Part shown: positions 15,236-23,360 of the stretch, piece after piece
How the letters are laid out: each line of letters begins with the position of its first letter
How positions within the stretch are numbered: position 1 is the stretch's first letter
Assembly: GCF_001997385.1 (NCBI RefSeq)
Contig: NZ_CP019633.1
Location: forward strand, 390,001-422,000
Direction of reading: 5' to 3'
Length of the DNA: 32,000 nt
Origin: Sedimentisphaera cyanobacteriorum
GTDB lineage: Bacteria; Planctomycetota; Phycisphaerae; Sedimentisphaerales; Sedimentisphaeraceae
The notes under the pieces: generated by a model
What the model saw: the letters and a program-made list of their open reading frames with translations, nothing else
The model's database searches: none
Told to the model about the DNA's origin: nothing
Translations under genes and position numbers: made by a program

Positions 15236-17545
15236 ATGAAAACAATTGCAGCAGCTTTACTCGTAACCTGTGCAGCCTTAATGGCAGCAGGTCAGGGAGT
15301 TCAGCAGACAAACACAGCTTCTGTAGAGGCTAAAGGCTATGGAGCAACCGAAAACGGGGCTTTGTACGATGCCTTGAGCAACGCGGTAAGCAGGGCAGGC
15401 GGGCTCAGCATAGAGCCTAAGTTTGCGCCCTCCAGAAGAAGCGATTATTCAAAACCGCAGATTGAGCGGCGTTTTAACGGATACATAAAGACATACGAGA
15501 TAATCGATTCCGGTCAGGAAAAGGTTCAGTTTACCGGAAAAGTTGAGAGAAGAAAATCAAGGCTGGAAGGCAGGGCTGAGCTTGAGCTTCAGGAAGAAAA
15601 GGCCGGCGAGCTGGAGGTTGACGGCCGGCTCGACGATGAATCTTCAAAATCCCGCTATGTTATGAGGTTTTATGTGAAGGTTCGTGCTGAGGTTTATCAG
15701 TACAAGCCGGCATTTGAAGAGCCGAAAGATAAGAGGGTGCGGATCGTTGTGATGCCGTTTGATTCTTCAGGCTCTTCAAAGGATTATGCAGAAAAGCTTC
15801 AGTCCCGCTTGATTGCAGGTCTCTCCAAAACGAATAATTTCAACGTTTTAGACAGAAAGAACGCTGAAGACTTCGCACGTGAGAGAAATATCTGGCTCAG
15901 TGCTGATGCTGATATGCAGGAAAAGGCGAGGCTCGCAAACGTTCTCGGAGCTGATATGATGGTTTCCGGAGAGCTGGAAAAGCATAATTATCAGGACGCT
16001 GTGAGGAAGCAGTCCGCACGAAGACTCAAGCTCTACAAACTTGAATCCGAGCTGAATTACAGCCTGATTTCTGTGCCGGAAAGGGCGGTTAAGCTTTCTG
16101 ATAATCTCAAGATCACTTTGAAACCCTCTCAGATTAACGAGCTTATTCCCAGAGATGTGCCCACAGATTTAGAGGTAGATTTTGAGGAAGTGAATTCTTC
16201 AGTTGCCCGGATGGCTTCGGAGAAAATTACCGAAAAAATCAGCAGTTATGTATATCCGCCGCTGGTGGCAAAGGTTTCCGGAGAGGATGTTTTTGTCAAT
16301 CAGGGCAAAGGCATGCTGAGCAATACGGATGTTCTCAAGGTTTACCGCCCGGGCGAAGAAGTGAAAGACCCGCAAACAGGGCTCTCTTTAGGCTCTGCTG
16401 ATAAACCGGCAGCACTCTTGGAGGTTGTTGAGCCTATGGAAAATCTCACAAGGTGCAGGGTAGTAAGAGGCAAAGCGGAAGATATCAAAAAAGGTTTCCG
16501 CTGCAGAAAACTCGAGCAGACGAGAAATAATAGAAGGCAAATTCAGCCTCGCAGAATCCGAAACAACATTTCAGATAAGCCTCAAACCTCGCAGAAGCAA
16601 GACGAAATGCTTAAAGCGGATGTCTCTATAAAGCCCAAAACAATTGCAGTTCTGCCTCCGAGGGTGTTTTCTGATAAATACAGGCTTTACAATTCCCTGA
16701 TTCCAGCGGATATTATGGCTTCCCGCTTCAGCTCATCGCTCACCTCAGCCCTCAGCAAAACGCAGAGATTCCAAGTGCTCGACAGGGCGTATGAAAGGGA
16801 ATACGACAGCGAGATCGACCTTCTTATGAAACGCTCCACAGTAGATCAGATTATGGATGTCGTGGATTCTGTGGAAGGGGCAGATTATCTGCTCGCTGGA
16901 AGCATTACAGATTTCTATCTCAAGAAGGAAAATATCGAGATTGAGGCCGCCGGGATGGACTACGATAAGTACAGCGCATTTTTCCGCTATGAATACAGGA
17001 TAATTGAGCTGAAAACCAGGAAGATAAAGTTCGCCGATTCTATGGACATTGCTTGGGATGACCGCGCAGTTAAGGATGTGGTTCCGGGCCTTACATACTC
17101 AGACCAGCGCGACCTTGCCGAGAACAAAGCCATAGGCAGCCTGCTCGGCTCTGCTGCGTCCAAGGTTTGCAGTAAATTCATAGACCAGCTCTACCCGATT
17201 CAGGTTGTCGGCGTTTCTTCAGGCAGGGCGGCAGTGAATGCAGGCGAGGCCGTACTTGTGCCGGGCACTGAGCTCAAGGTTTACAGCCGCGGCGAGGAAA
17301 TGAAAGACCCTTATTCAGGCAAATCGCTCGGCAGATTCGAGAAGCCTGCCGGCACTATATACATCGAAAAGGTGAATGCGAAGGTTTCCTACGGCAAAAT
17401 CACTCAGGGCAATATTGAAGTTGGCAATATATGCAGGCCTGTTAGAGAACATCGCTATATACATCACCGCAGGCCGCCCCGCGGCAGAAAACCGAATGTG
17501 GAGAAAAGCAGCAGCGGGGGAGTTCGTCTTCCATACGATAATTAG
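15236..17545 (+). CDS. Secreted 769-aa protein: LPP20-like N-terminus followed by two tandem [CsgG/LpoB-like alpha-beta + small beta-barrel] modules
   Basis: ORF track. An AGGAG SD and a signal peptide are present. Module 1 has RIVVMPFDSS...NFNVLDRKN...GADMMVSGEL. Module 2 has TIAVLPPRVF...RFQVLDRAY...GADYLLAGSI. Each is followed by an LKVY.(R/P)GEE.KDP..G.SLG...KPA segment. Confidence 0.75.
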   Translation: MKTIAAALLVTCAALMAAGQGVQQTNTASVEAKGYGATENGALYDALSNAVSRAGGLSIEPKFAPSRRSDYSKPQIERRFNGYIKTYEIIDSGQEKVQFTGKVERRKSRLEGRAELELQEEKAGELEVDGRLDDESSKSRYVMRFYVKVRAEVYQYKPAFEEPKDKRVRIVVMPFDSSGSSKDYAEKLQSRLIAGLSKTNNFNVLDRKNAEDFARERNIWLSADADMQEKARLANVLGADMMVSGELEKHNYQDAVRKQSARRLKLYKLESELNYSLISVPERAVKLSDNLKITLKPSQINELIPRDVPTDLEVDFEEVNSSVARMASEKITEKISSYVYPPLVAKVSGEDVFVNQGKGMLSNTDVLKVYRPGEEVKDPQTGLSLGSADKPAALLEVVEPMENLTRCRVVRGKAEDIKKGFRCRKLEQTRNNRRQIQPRRIRNNISDKPQTSQKQDEMLKADVSIKPKTIAVLPPRVFSDKYRLYNSLIPADIMASRFSSSLTSALSKTQRFQVLDRAYEREYDSEIDLLMKRSTVDQIMDVVDSVEGADYLLAGSITDFYLKKENIEIEAAGMDYDKYSAFFRYEYRIIELKTRKIKFADSMDIAWDDRAVKDVVPGLTYSDQRDLAENKAIGSLLGSAASKVCSKFIDQLYPIQVVGVSSGRAAVNAGEAVLVPGTELKVYSRGEEMKDPYSGKSLGRFEKPAGTIYIEKVNAKVSYGKITQGNIEVGNICRPVREHRYIHHRRPPRGRKPNVEKSSSGGVRLPYDN

Positions 17546-17560
17546 AATTAAGATTTTACA

Positions 17561-17595
17561 GGCTGCCGGTATGCTATGCCCGCAGCCTTTTCTTT
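17561..17595 (+). terminator. Rho-independent terminator of the lipoprotein operon
   Basis: GGCTGC (17561-17566) pairs with GCAGCC (17582-17587), followed by TTTTCTTT. It sits between the stop at 17545 and the cmoB ATG at 17600. Confidence 0.55.
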
Positions 17596-17599
17596 AAAT

Positions 17600-18565
17600 A
17601 TGAACGCATACAACAGATTTTTCAACCGGCTTGCAGAAAGTTTGCCTTCAGATTTAGTTTCAAGAGTCAGGCGTAAGTCTGATTCAGTTTTTCAGCAGCC
17701 CGGCCACGGCGATTTCGACCGCTGGCTTGAGGCCGTGCATAATATGCCCGATATTAAGCCTGAAAGTATGGATTTCAGCAGCGATGCTGTAACCGCTTCC
17801 GGCAAGATTTCCCAAGAGGATAAGGAAAATATATGCAGTTCCCTCAAGCAGCTTCATCCTTGGCGCAAAGGCCCTTTCGATATTTTCGGTGTGCATATTG
17901 ATGCCGAATGGAAAAGCTCTCTGAAATGGGCGAGAATAAAGGATAAAATCTCTTCTCTCACGGGGCGTAAAGTGCTTGATGTCGGCTCGGGCAACGGCTA
18001 TTACGGCTATCGTATGCTTGCAGGCGGGGCTGAGTTTGTTCTCGGGCTGGACCCTACTCTGCTATTTGCCGCGCAGTTCCTTGCTTTGAATAAGTATTTC
18101 GATTCAAGCAGAAATTTCGTTCTTCCGCTGGGCATTGATGATTTCCCGATGGATTCAGAGGCTTTCAATACGGTTTTCTCAATGGGTGTACTCTATCACA
18201 GAAGAGATGCCTTGAAGCATTTGAATTCACTTGCCGGCAATTTATGCCCAGGAGGTGAGATAGTTCTGGAAACGCTGATTATTGATTCACAGGAAGATGC
18301 GGTTTTCGCTCCGCAGGGAAGATACGCAAAGATGAGAAACGTTTGGAATCTCGCATCGCCTTCAGTTATTATGCGCTGGCTCGAAAACGCCGGGCTCAAA
18401 AACGTTTCTATGATAGATAAAACGCCAACCACCTCACAGGAGCAGAGGAAAACCGATTGGATGAGATTCGAATCTCTAAACGATTTTCTCAATCCGCAGG
18501 ACAAATCTAAAACTATTGAAGGTCATCAGGCGCCCATACGGGCTGCGTTTATAGGCTCAAAGTAG
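17600..18565 (+). CDS. cmoB: tRNA U34 carboxymethyltransferase CmoB
   Basis: ORF track (from 17576). I chose the ATG at 17600, after the terminator, which gives 321 aa. QLHPWRKGPFDIFGVHIDAEWKSSLKW..., LDVGSGNGYY, FSMGVLYHRR and LVLETLVID-like blocks are nearly collinear with E. coli CmoB. Confidence 0.9.
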   Translation: MNAYNRFFNRLAESLPSDLVSRVRRKSDSVFQQPGHGDFDRWLEAVHNMPDIKPESMDFSSDAVTASGKISQEDKENICSSLKQLHPWRKGPFDIFGVHIDAEWKSSLKWARIKDKISSLTGRKVLDVGSGNGYYGYRMLAGGAEFVLGLDPTLLFAAQFLALNKYFDSSRNFVLPLGIDDFPMDSEAFNTVFSMGVLYHRRDALKHLNSLAGNLCPGGEIVLETLIIDSQEDAVFAPQGRYAKMRNVWNLASPSVIMRWLENAGLKNVSMIDKTPTTSQEQRKTDWMRFESLNDFLNPQDKSKTIEGHQAPIRAAFIGSK

Positions 18566-18652
18566 ATTTTCGTTTTTGCATTAAGCCTGTGGGATGAAAA
18601 TCAAATTTCTCATCAGCAATCTGCATGCAGAGATTAAATTAAAGCCTCGCTG

Positions 18653-19438
18653 TCAATGGTGGTGATGGTTGAATTCTGAGGGGTCTTTGCCCGTATATTT
18701 CGCTGCAAGAGTCGGGAAGATTATATCGCTCAGGCAGCAAGGCACGAGCACCGCTGCAAACAGAACAATCAGAATTCCACCGTAATTCAGCAGAGTCAGC
18801 TCTTTTGCGGTATTCATCATTATATGTGCAGTTGATGCCCAAACGCTTATCAGAACGTGCACGAAGTGCGGCATTTTTGACGCTGAATGAGATACAAATC
18901 CAAGAATTATGCCCAGAAGCGCCGAGCCGTTAACCAGAATCGGCTCTTCAATAAAGCCTATATGCACGCCTTTAGATTCGTGGTTGTGCTCAGCATGGGC
19001 TGAATGGTCGTGCTGCCCGCTGTGATTATGTTCAGCTTCAGTTTTTGAGTGATTATGGTCGTTATGCTCGCTGCCTTGATGGTTATGATTATGGTTTTCA
19101 CTGTGGCCGTGGACAGGAACTGATATCCCCATCACTTCCTCTCCCATAAACGGAATCACCGAATCGCTCAGAGTTGCAATTCCGATAGAGCCTATGTAGC
19201 CTGCAAGAAAAACCTTCCAGATGGAAGCCCTAAACGTTTTGCTCTTGAACAAAAGCGTTGTAGCCCAAGCCGATAAAATTATATGCCCGGGATGGAACAC
19301 CTTAAACAAACCGTGCCCTGAATCGGGGAAGATTTTATTGAACAAGACCATACAAAGCAGTCCTATTGCTGCACCGCCGAAAGTGTAAGGCGAATGTTTG
19401 AGCAGTTCTTTTAATGTGTCGTTTATTTTATTTCCCAT
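18653..19438 (-). CDS. His-rich polytopic membrane protein, probable divalent-metal transporter (family not identified)
   Basis: ORF track. There are about 6 TM helices in a 3+3 arrangement (FHPGHIILSAW vs HFVHVLISVWAS). A central loop contains roughly 20 His (HGHSENHNHNHQGSEHNDHNH...) and the C-terminus ends in HHHH. Confidence 0.7.
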   Translation of the reverse strand: MGNKINDTLKELLKHSPYTFGGAAIGLLCMVLFNKIFPDSGHGLFKVFHPGHIILSAWATTLLFKSKTFRASIWKVFLAGYIGSIGIATLSDSVIPFMGEEVMGISVPVHGHSENHNHNHQGSEHNDHNHSKTEAEHNHSGQHDHSAHAEHNHESKGVHIGFIEEPILVNGSALLGIILGFVSHSASKMPHFVHVLISVWASTAHIMMNTAKELTLLNYGGILIVLFAAVLVPCCLSDIIFPTLAAKYTGKDPSEFNHHHH

Positions 19439-19748
19439 TTTCCCGCTTTCGCTTAAAAATTATATACCAAGGTACTTTAAAACTGCCTGTTTGTTCTCAA
19501 ACCGATTATATAGCAACACTGGTATTTGAAAACTTTATTTTTCATAATATTGAGCCGTAATCTTTCAGCGCTTACTAAACTCATTAAAATTAGCGCATAT
19601 ATGTCCCAGTATGCGCAAACCAGTAATCTATTTCTCTTCGAAACAAGCTTTCACATTGCTGTTAAACAATATTCATACCTTTAGGCACGGATTTTGCCGA
19701 ATTAAAATTAAAAAATCAAAATTGTCAACTCATTTGAAAGGACAAATT

Positions 19749-19952
19749 ATGCCGATGTATGAATACAGCTGCGAAGAATGCGGCAAGAAGTTTCAGTTTT
19801 TCCAGAAATCTATGCAATCGGAAAAGAAGCAGAGCTGTCCTGATTGCGGCAGTTCGAATGTTAGAAAGCTGATTTCGAGCTTTTCTCCCGGCAGTGATAC
19901 AAGCTCTGCTGATTCAGTAAGCTGTCCTACGGGCACCTGTCCGTTTTCATAA
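19749..19952 (+). CDS. FmdB-family zinc-ribbon protein (CxxC...CxxC)
   Basis: The track ORF 19611..19952 has its real start at MPMYEYSCEECGKKF (ATG 19749). YEY.C..CG...........CP.CGS..v.r is the FmdB/CxxC_CxxC_SSSS signature. Confidence 0.8.
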   Translation: MPMYEYSCEECGKKFQFFQKSMQSEKKQSCPDCGSSNVRKLISSFSPGSDTSSADSVSCPTGTCPFS

Positions 19953-19991
19953 TTACAATTAACAGAAAAGATGTTTTAAGCAGGAGTTTAT

Positions 19992-20342
19992 ATGCCGTGG
20001 GTTAATGAAGAAATGTGCGCAGGATGCGGGATCTGCGAATCAGAATGTCCTGTAGATGCGATTTCGGTATCAAAGGGAGTTTCGGCGCAGATAGACGAAA
20101 GCGTGTGCATTCGCTGCGGGAAGTGTCATGATGTATGTCCGAAAGATGCCGTCCGGCACGACAGCGAGAAAATCCCTTTGCTGATTGAAGAAAATTTAAC
20201 CGATGTTAAGCAGAAATTGAGCCACTTTCAATCCACTCAGGATAAAAGCGATTTTTTCGAAAGGATAAAACGCTTTTACAGAATGAAGGCGAAAGTGGCA
20301 AATATGACAATTGAGCGGATTGAGGATTTGCAGGACGAATAA
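19992..20342 (+). CDS. 2x[4Fe-4S] ferredoxin-domain protein with a helical C-terminal extension
   Basis: ORF track. An AGGAG SD is present. The cluster motifs are CAGCGICESECP and CIRCGKCHDVCP. Confidence 0.85.
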   Translation: MPWVNEEMCAGCGICESECPVDAISVSKGVSAQIDESVCIRCGKCHDVCPKDAVRHDSEKIPLLIEENLTDVKQKLSHFQSTQDKSDFFERIKRFYRMKAKVANMTIERIEDLQDE

Positions 20343-20360
20343 TTTCCTTCCGGTTAAGCG

Positions 20361-20387
20361 CAAAAAAAAGAACCGCTAAGCGGTTCT
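20361..20387 (-). terminator. Rho-independent terminator downstream of tRNA-Ser
   Basis: AGAACCGC-taa-GCGGTTCT forms an 8-bp stem, followed on the minus strand by T8. It begins 8 nt after the tRNA 3' end. Confidence 0.65.
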
Positions 20388-20394
20388 GTAAAAG

Positions 20395-20479
20395 CGGAGG
20401 AGGAGGGATTCGAACCCCCGGAACGTTTCCGTTCAACGGTTTTCAAAACCGCCACCTTCAGCCACTCGGTCACTCCTCC
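20395..20479 (-). tRNA. tRNA-Ser (anticodon UGA), class II with a long variable arm; no encoded CCA
   Basis: The reverse complement folds by hand: acceptor GGAGGAG/CTCCTCC, 3-bp D stem, anticodon loop TT-TGA-AA, variable arm GAACG-GAAA-CGTTC, T arm GGGGG-TTCGAAT-CCCTC, discriminator G. Confidence 0.9.
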
Positions 20480-20506
20480 GTTAGAGTTTCCTTGAGCGAG
20501 AGAAGA

Positions 20507-20534
20507 ATTATAAAAAAATGTGATTGGATATCAA
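20507..20534 (-). promoter_or_regulatory. Sigma70-type promoter for tRNA-Ser
   Basis: The minus strand reads TTGATA (20534-20529), a 16-nt spacer, then TATAAT (20512-20507), about 27 nt upstream of the mature tRNA 5' end. Confidence 0.5.
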
Positions 20535-20934
20535 CCGTTTTTAATAAAAATATCACTCGCTCAGCGATGAAGATTGAAGAGCCTCATTTGTCTTTACAAA
20601 AAAAGCTTCTCAAGGCCGGTTTTCGATAAACGCTTTATCTGCCGTGATGTGTATTTTTTATTGTTGTATCGCTCGCTGCTAATACTTATAATGAATAGTA
20701 TGAAGCTTCAATATTGCGCAAAATGACAGGTTTTTTTCGTGAAATAAAATTGATTTTGATTTGCTCTAAAGGGATAATCATTTTATAGCAGAAACTTACT
20801 GCATTTTTGAAGTTTTTGTGTAAATTTTCAAAATACATTAATTATTTTGAAAAAAATTGGGAAAAATTTTTGTTTTTAACATATACTTATGAATGGCTTT
20901 AATAAAATAGGTTAACAGATAGGAGAAAAGCGTT

Positions 20935-21774
20935 ATGAAAAGGAAAGCATTTACATTAATCGAGCTTCTGGTAGTGATTTCAATTATCGCTCTTTTAATG
21001 GCGGTTTTGATGCCTGTATTGGGCAAGGCAAGGAAGCAGGCTATGAATACAATGTGCAAAACCAACCTCCACAGCTGGATGCAGGCAACTAGTCTATATC
21101 TTGCAGACAACAGCGACAGCTTCTGGCCGGGTTTCTATGGCTCAGGTTCTCAAGATGACAGAGCAGAGAAAAGCCTGTGGTGGATGGATGTTCTGAGCGA
21201 ATATTATGATGATATAGACGAGCTGAGAGTTTGTCCGACAGCGGACGAGCCGAGGCAGTATTACGACGGCCGGGAGAATCCAAAAGCCAACGAGCCGTTT
21301 GCAGCTTGGGGGATTTACAACAAGAGCAATAACTTATTCGGCCGGAAGGTTGACGGTTATTACGGAAGCTATCTCTTCAACGGCTGGCTCCAGAATAAAT
21401 ATTGGGATTATGTTGATGTTGACTTCAAGCAAAAGTTCTGGAAGCGCAGCTCAGCCTTAACCACGCCTTCAAATGTGCCGGTATTTACAGATGGTCAGCA
21501 TATTGATGCATGGCCGAATGCAGGCGATAATCCTCCGCCTTCTGAGACAACGAGGTGGAATTCCAACAGTTCGCATTTCTGGCGTATCGTTCAAAACAGA
21601 CACGATGATGCCCAGAACGTTTTAACTGCAGACGGTGCAGTTAATACTGTGGGCCTCAAGAAGCTCTGGACATATAAATGGCACAGAACTTTTGATACGC
21701 ACGGCAGATGGACATCCTCCGCCGATCAGGACCCGGACTGGCCTGAATGGATGGACGGTATGAAGGATTATTAA
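20935..21774 (+). CDS. Prepilin-type N-terminal cleavage/methylation domain protein with an H-X9-DG motif (DUF1559-like pseudopilin)
   Basis: ORF track. An AGGAG SD is present. The N-terminus is KAFTLIELLVVISIIALLMAVLMP. The C-terminal H-DDAQNVLTA-DG is H-X9-DG. Confidence 0.85.
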   Translation: MKRKAFTLIELLVVISIIALLMAVLMPVLGKARKQAMNTMCKTNLHSWMQATSLYLADNSDSFWPGFYGSGSQDDRAEKSLWWMDVLSEYYDDIDELRVCPTADEPRQYYDGRENPKANEPFAAWGIYNKSNNLFGRKVDGYYGSYLFNGWLQNKYWDYVDVDFKQKFWKRSSALTTPSNVPVFTDGQHIDAWPNAGDNPPPSETTRWNSNSSHFWRIVQNRHDDAQNVLTADGAVNTVGLKKLWTYKWHRTFDTHGRWTSSADQDPDWPEWMDGMKDY

Positions 21775-21800
21775 CAAACAGTTTTTTAAGAACCTTAAAA

Positions 21801-21831
21801 GGGCGGTATTTTTTATGCCGTCCTTTTTTTT
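21801..21831 (+). terminator. Rho-independent terminator after the pseudopilin gene
   Basis: GGGCGG (21801-21806) pairs with CCGTCC (21818-21823, one G-U pair), followed by T8. Confidence 0.55.
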
Positions 21832-21890
21832 GTCAAAAATTGCCCGCCTCAGGATATAAATAAGTAAAACCCAAAATAAAGAGGCATAAA

Positions 21891-23321
21891 ATGAAACGAA
21901 GAGATTTTTTGAAAACCGCATTCAGCTTCACCGCCGCCGCTGCTTCAGGAATTGCTTACGGCAAAGAATATGAAAAGCCCAATATACTGCTTATAAACAT
22001 TGATGATATGGGCTGGCGGGATATCGGCGTAAACGGCTCGGATTTCTATCGCACCCCAAACATCGACAGGCTCGTAAGAAGCGGAATCAATTTCAGCGAC
22101 GGATATGCAGCGGCCGCCAACTGCGCTCCATCACGTGCGTGCCTGCTCAGCGGGAAAAATACTCCACGCCACGGCGTATATACTGTCGGCAGCTCTGAGA
22201 GGGGCAAAAGCAAATACCGCAAGCTGATACCGACCAAAAACAAGAAATTTCTCGATGAAGATGAAATTACAATCGCAGACTGCCTGAAAGATGCGGGCTA
22301 CAGAACCATTACTCTCGGCAAATATCATGTAAACAGCGACCCTCTCAAGCATGGTTTTGATGAGAATGTAGGCGGTTATCATAAAGGCCACCCGCCAACC
22401 TATTTCAGCCCGTACAACATACCCACACTTGAGGACGGCCCGAAGGGCGAGCATCTGCCAGAAAGGCTCACAGATGAGGCATTGAAATTTCTCGACAGAA
22501 ACAAGGACAGGCCTTTCTTTATGTATTTTCCGTTTTATTCGGTTCATTCACCTATTGAGGCAAGAGATGATCTTCTTGAAAAATATAAAAATTACGAACC
22601 GGGCGAGCTTCACAAACGCGCAGATTATGCCGCTATGATAGAGGCTGTGGACATACATATCGGCAGGCTTATAAAGAAAATCGACAAGCTCAATCTTCGA
22701 GAGAAAACCCTGATTATCTTCACTGCCGATAACGGCGGGGTGCACTGGGCAACTGATATGGCGCCTCTTCGGGGCTGCAAAGGTTCATATTATGAAGGCG
22801 GTACCAGAGAGCCTCTTGCGTTCTCTTGGAAGGGCAGGATTAAGCCCGGGGCTACCTGCGATGTACCTGTAAGCCAGCTGGATTTCTTCCCAACTCTTCT
22901 CAGCATTGCGGGAGAAAAACCGCCTGAGGGCAAAATCCTCGATGGCAAAGATCTGTCCCCGCTTTTATTCGGGCATGAAAAGCTCTTCGATGCCCAGAGG
23001 CCTCTGTTCTGGCATTTCCCGATATACCTGCAGGGCGGAGACGATGAAACAAGAGACCCGCTTTTCCGAACTCGCCCGGGCTCGGTTGTGCGAAAAGGGG
23101 ATTGGAAGCTGCATGAGTATTTCGAAGACGGCCAGATAGAGCTCTACAATCTCAAAACAGATATCGGCGAATCAAAGAATCTCGCAGAGCTTTACCCGCA
23201 GAAAACTAAAGAACTTTATGATATTCTCTGCCGCTGGAGGGAAAAAACAAATGCGGATATCCCGAAAAAGCTCAATCCCAAATACGACCGAAAGGCCGAT
23301 ATGAAGGCAAGGAAGAGTTAG
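21891..23321 (+). CDS. Arylsulfatase-family (S1) sulfatase, Cys-type, Tat signal
   Basis: ORF track. The twin-arginine signal is KRRDFLKTAF. NIDDMGWRD and CAPSRACLLSG form the C-x-P-S-R formylglycine motif. FTADNGG is also present. Confidence 0.9.
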   Translation: MKRRDFLKTAFSFTAAAASGIAYGKEYEKPNILLINIDDMGWRDIGVNGSDFYRTPNIDRLVRSGINFSDGYAAAANCAPSRACLLSGKNTPRHGVYTVGSSERGKSKYRKLIPTKNKKFLDEDEITIADCLKDAGYRTITLGKYHVNSDPLKHGFDENVGGYHKGHPPTYFSPYNIPTLEDGPKGEHLPERLTDEALKFLDRNKDRPFFMYFPFYSVHSPIEARDDLLEKYKNYEPGELHKRADYAAMIEAVDIHIGRLIKKIDKLNLREKTLIIFTADNGGVHWATDMAPLRGCKGSYYEGGTREPLAFSWKGRIKPGATCDVPVSQLDFFPTLLSIAGEKPPEGKILDGKDLSPLLFGHEKLFDAQRPLFWHFPIYLQGGDDETRDPLFRTRPGSVVRKGDWKLHEYFEDGQIELYNLKTDIGESKNLAELYPQKTKELYDILCRWREKTNADIPKKLNPKYDRKADMKARKS

Positions 23322-23330
23322 CAAAATCAG

Positions 23331-23360
23331 GCGGGGCGGTAAAAACAGTCCCGCTTTTAT
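23331..23360 (+). terminator. Rho-independent terminator after the sulfatase gene (overlaps the stop of the convergent gene)
   Basis: GCGGGGC (23331-23337) pairs with GTCCCGC (23348-23354), followed by TTTTATTTTGTTTT. Confidence 0.5.

Noticed and set aside
19439-19600. A metal-sensing (NiCo-type) riboswitch in the 5' region of the His-rich transporter gene.
   Set aside because: The predicted promoter leaves only a ~60-nt AT-rich leader. There is no multi-helix junction or conserved GC-rich core that I could fold.
20395-20479. tRNA-Ser as the attachment site of an integrated element.
   Set aside because: There is no integrase gene on either side. I found no second copy of the tRNA 3' end in the window. 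The genes on the 3' side (ferredoxin, zinc ribbon, transporter) look like ordinary chromosomal genes.
20838-21110. A 90-aa minus-strand ORF overlapping the pseudopilin start.
   Set aside because: It lies in AT-rich promoter DNA and antisense to the conserved prepilin N-terminus. It is hydrophobic by composition only.
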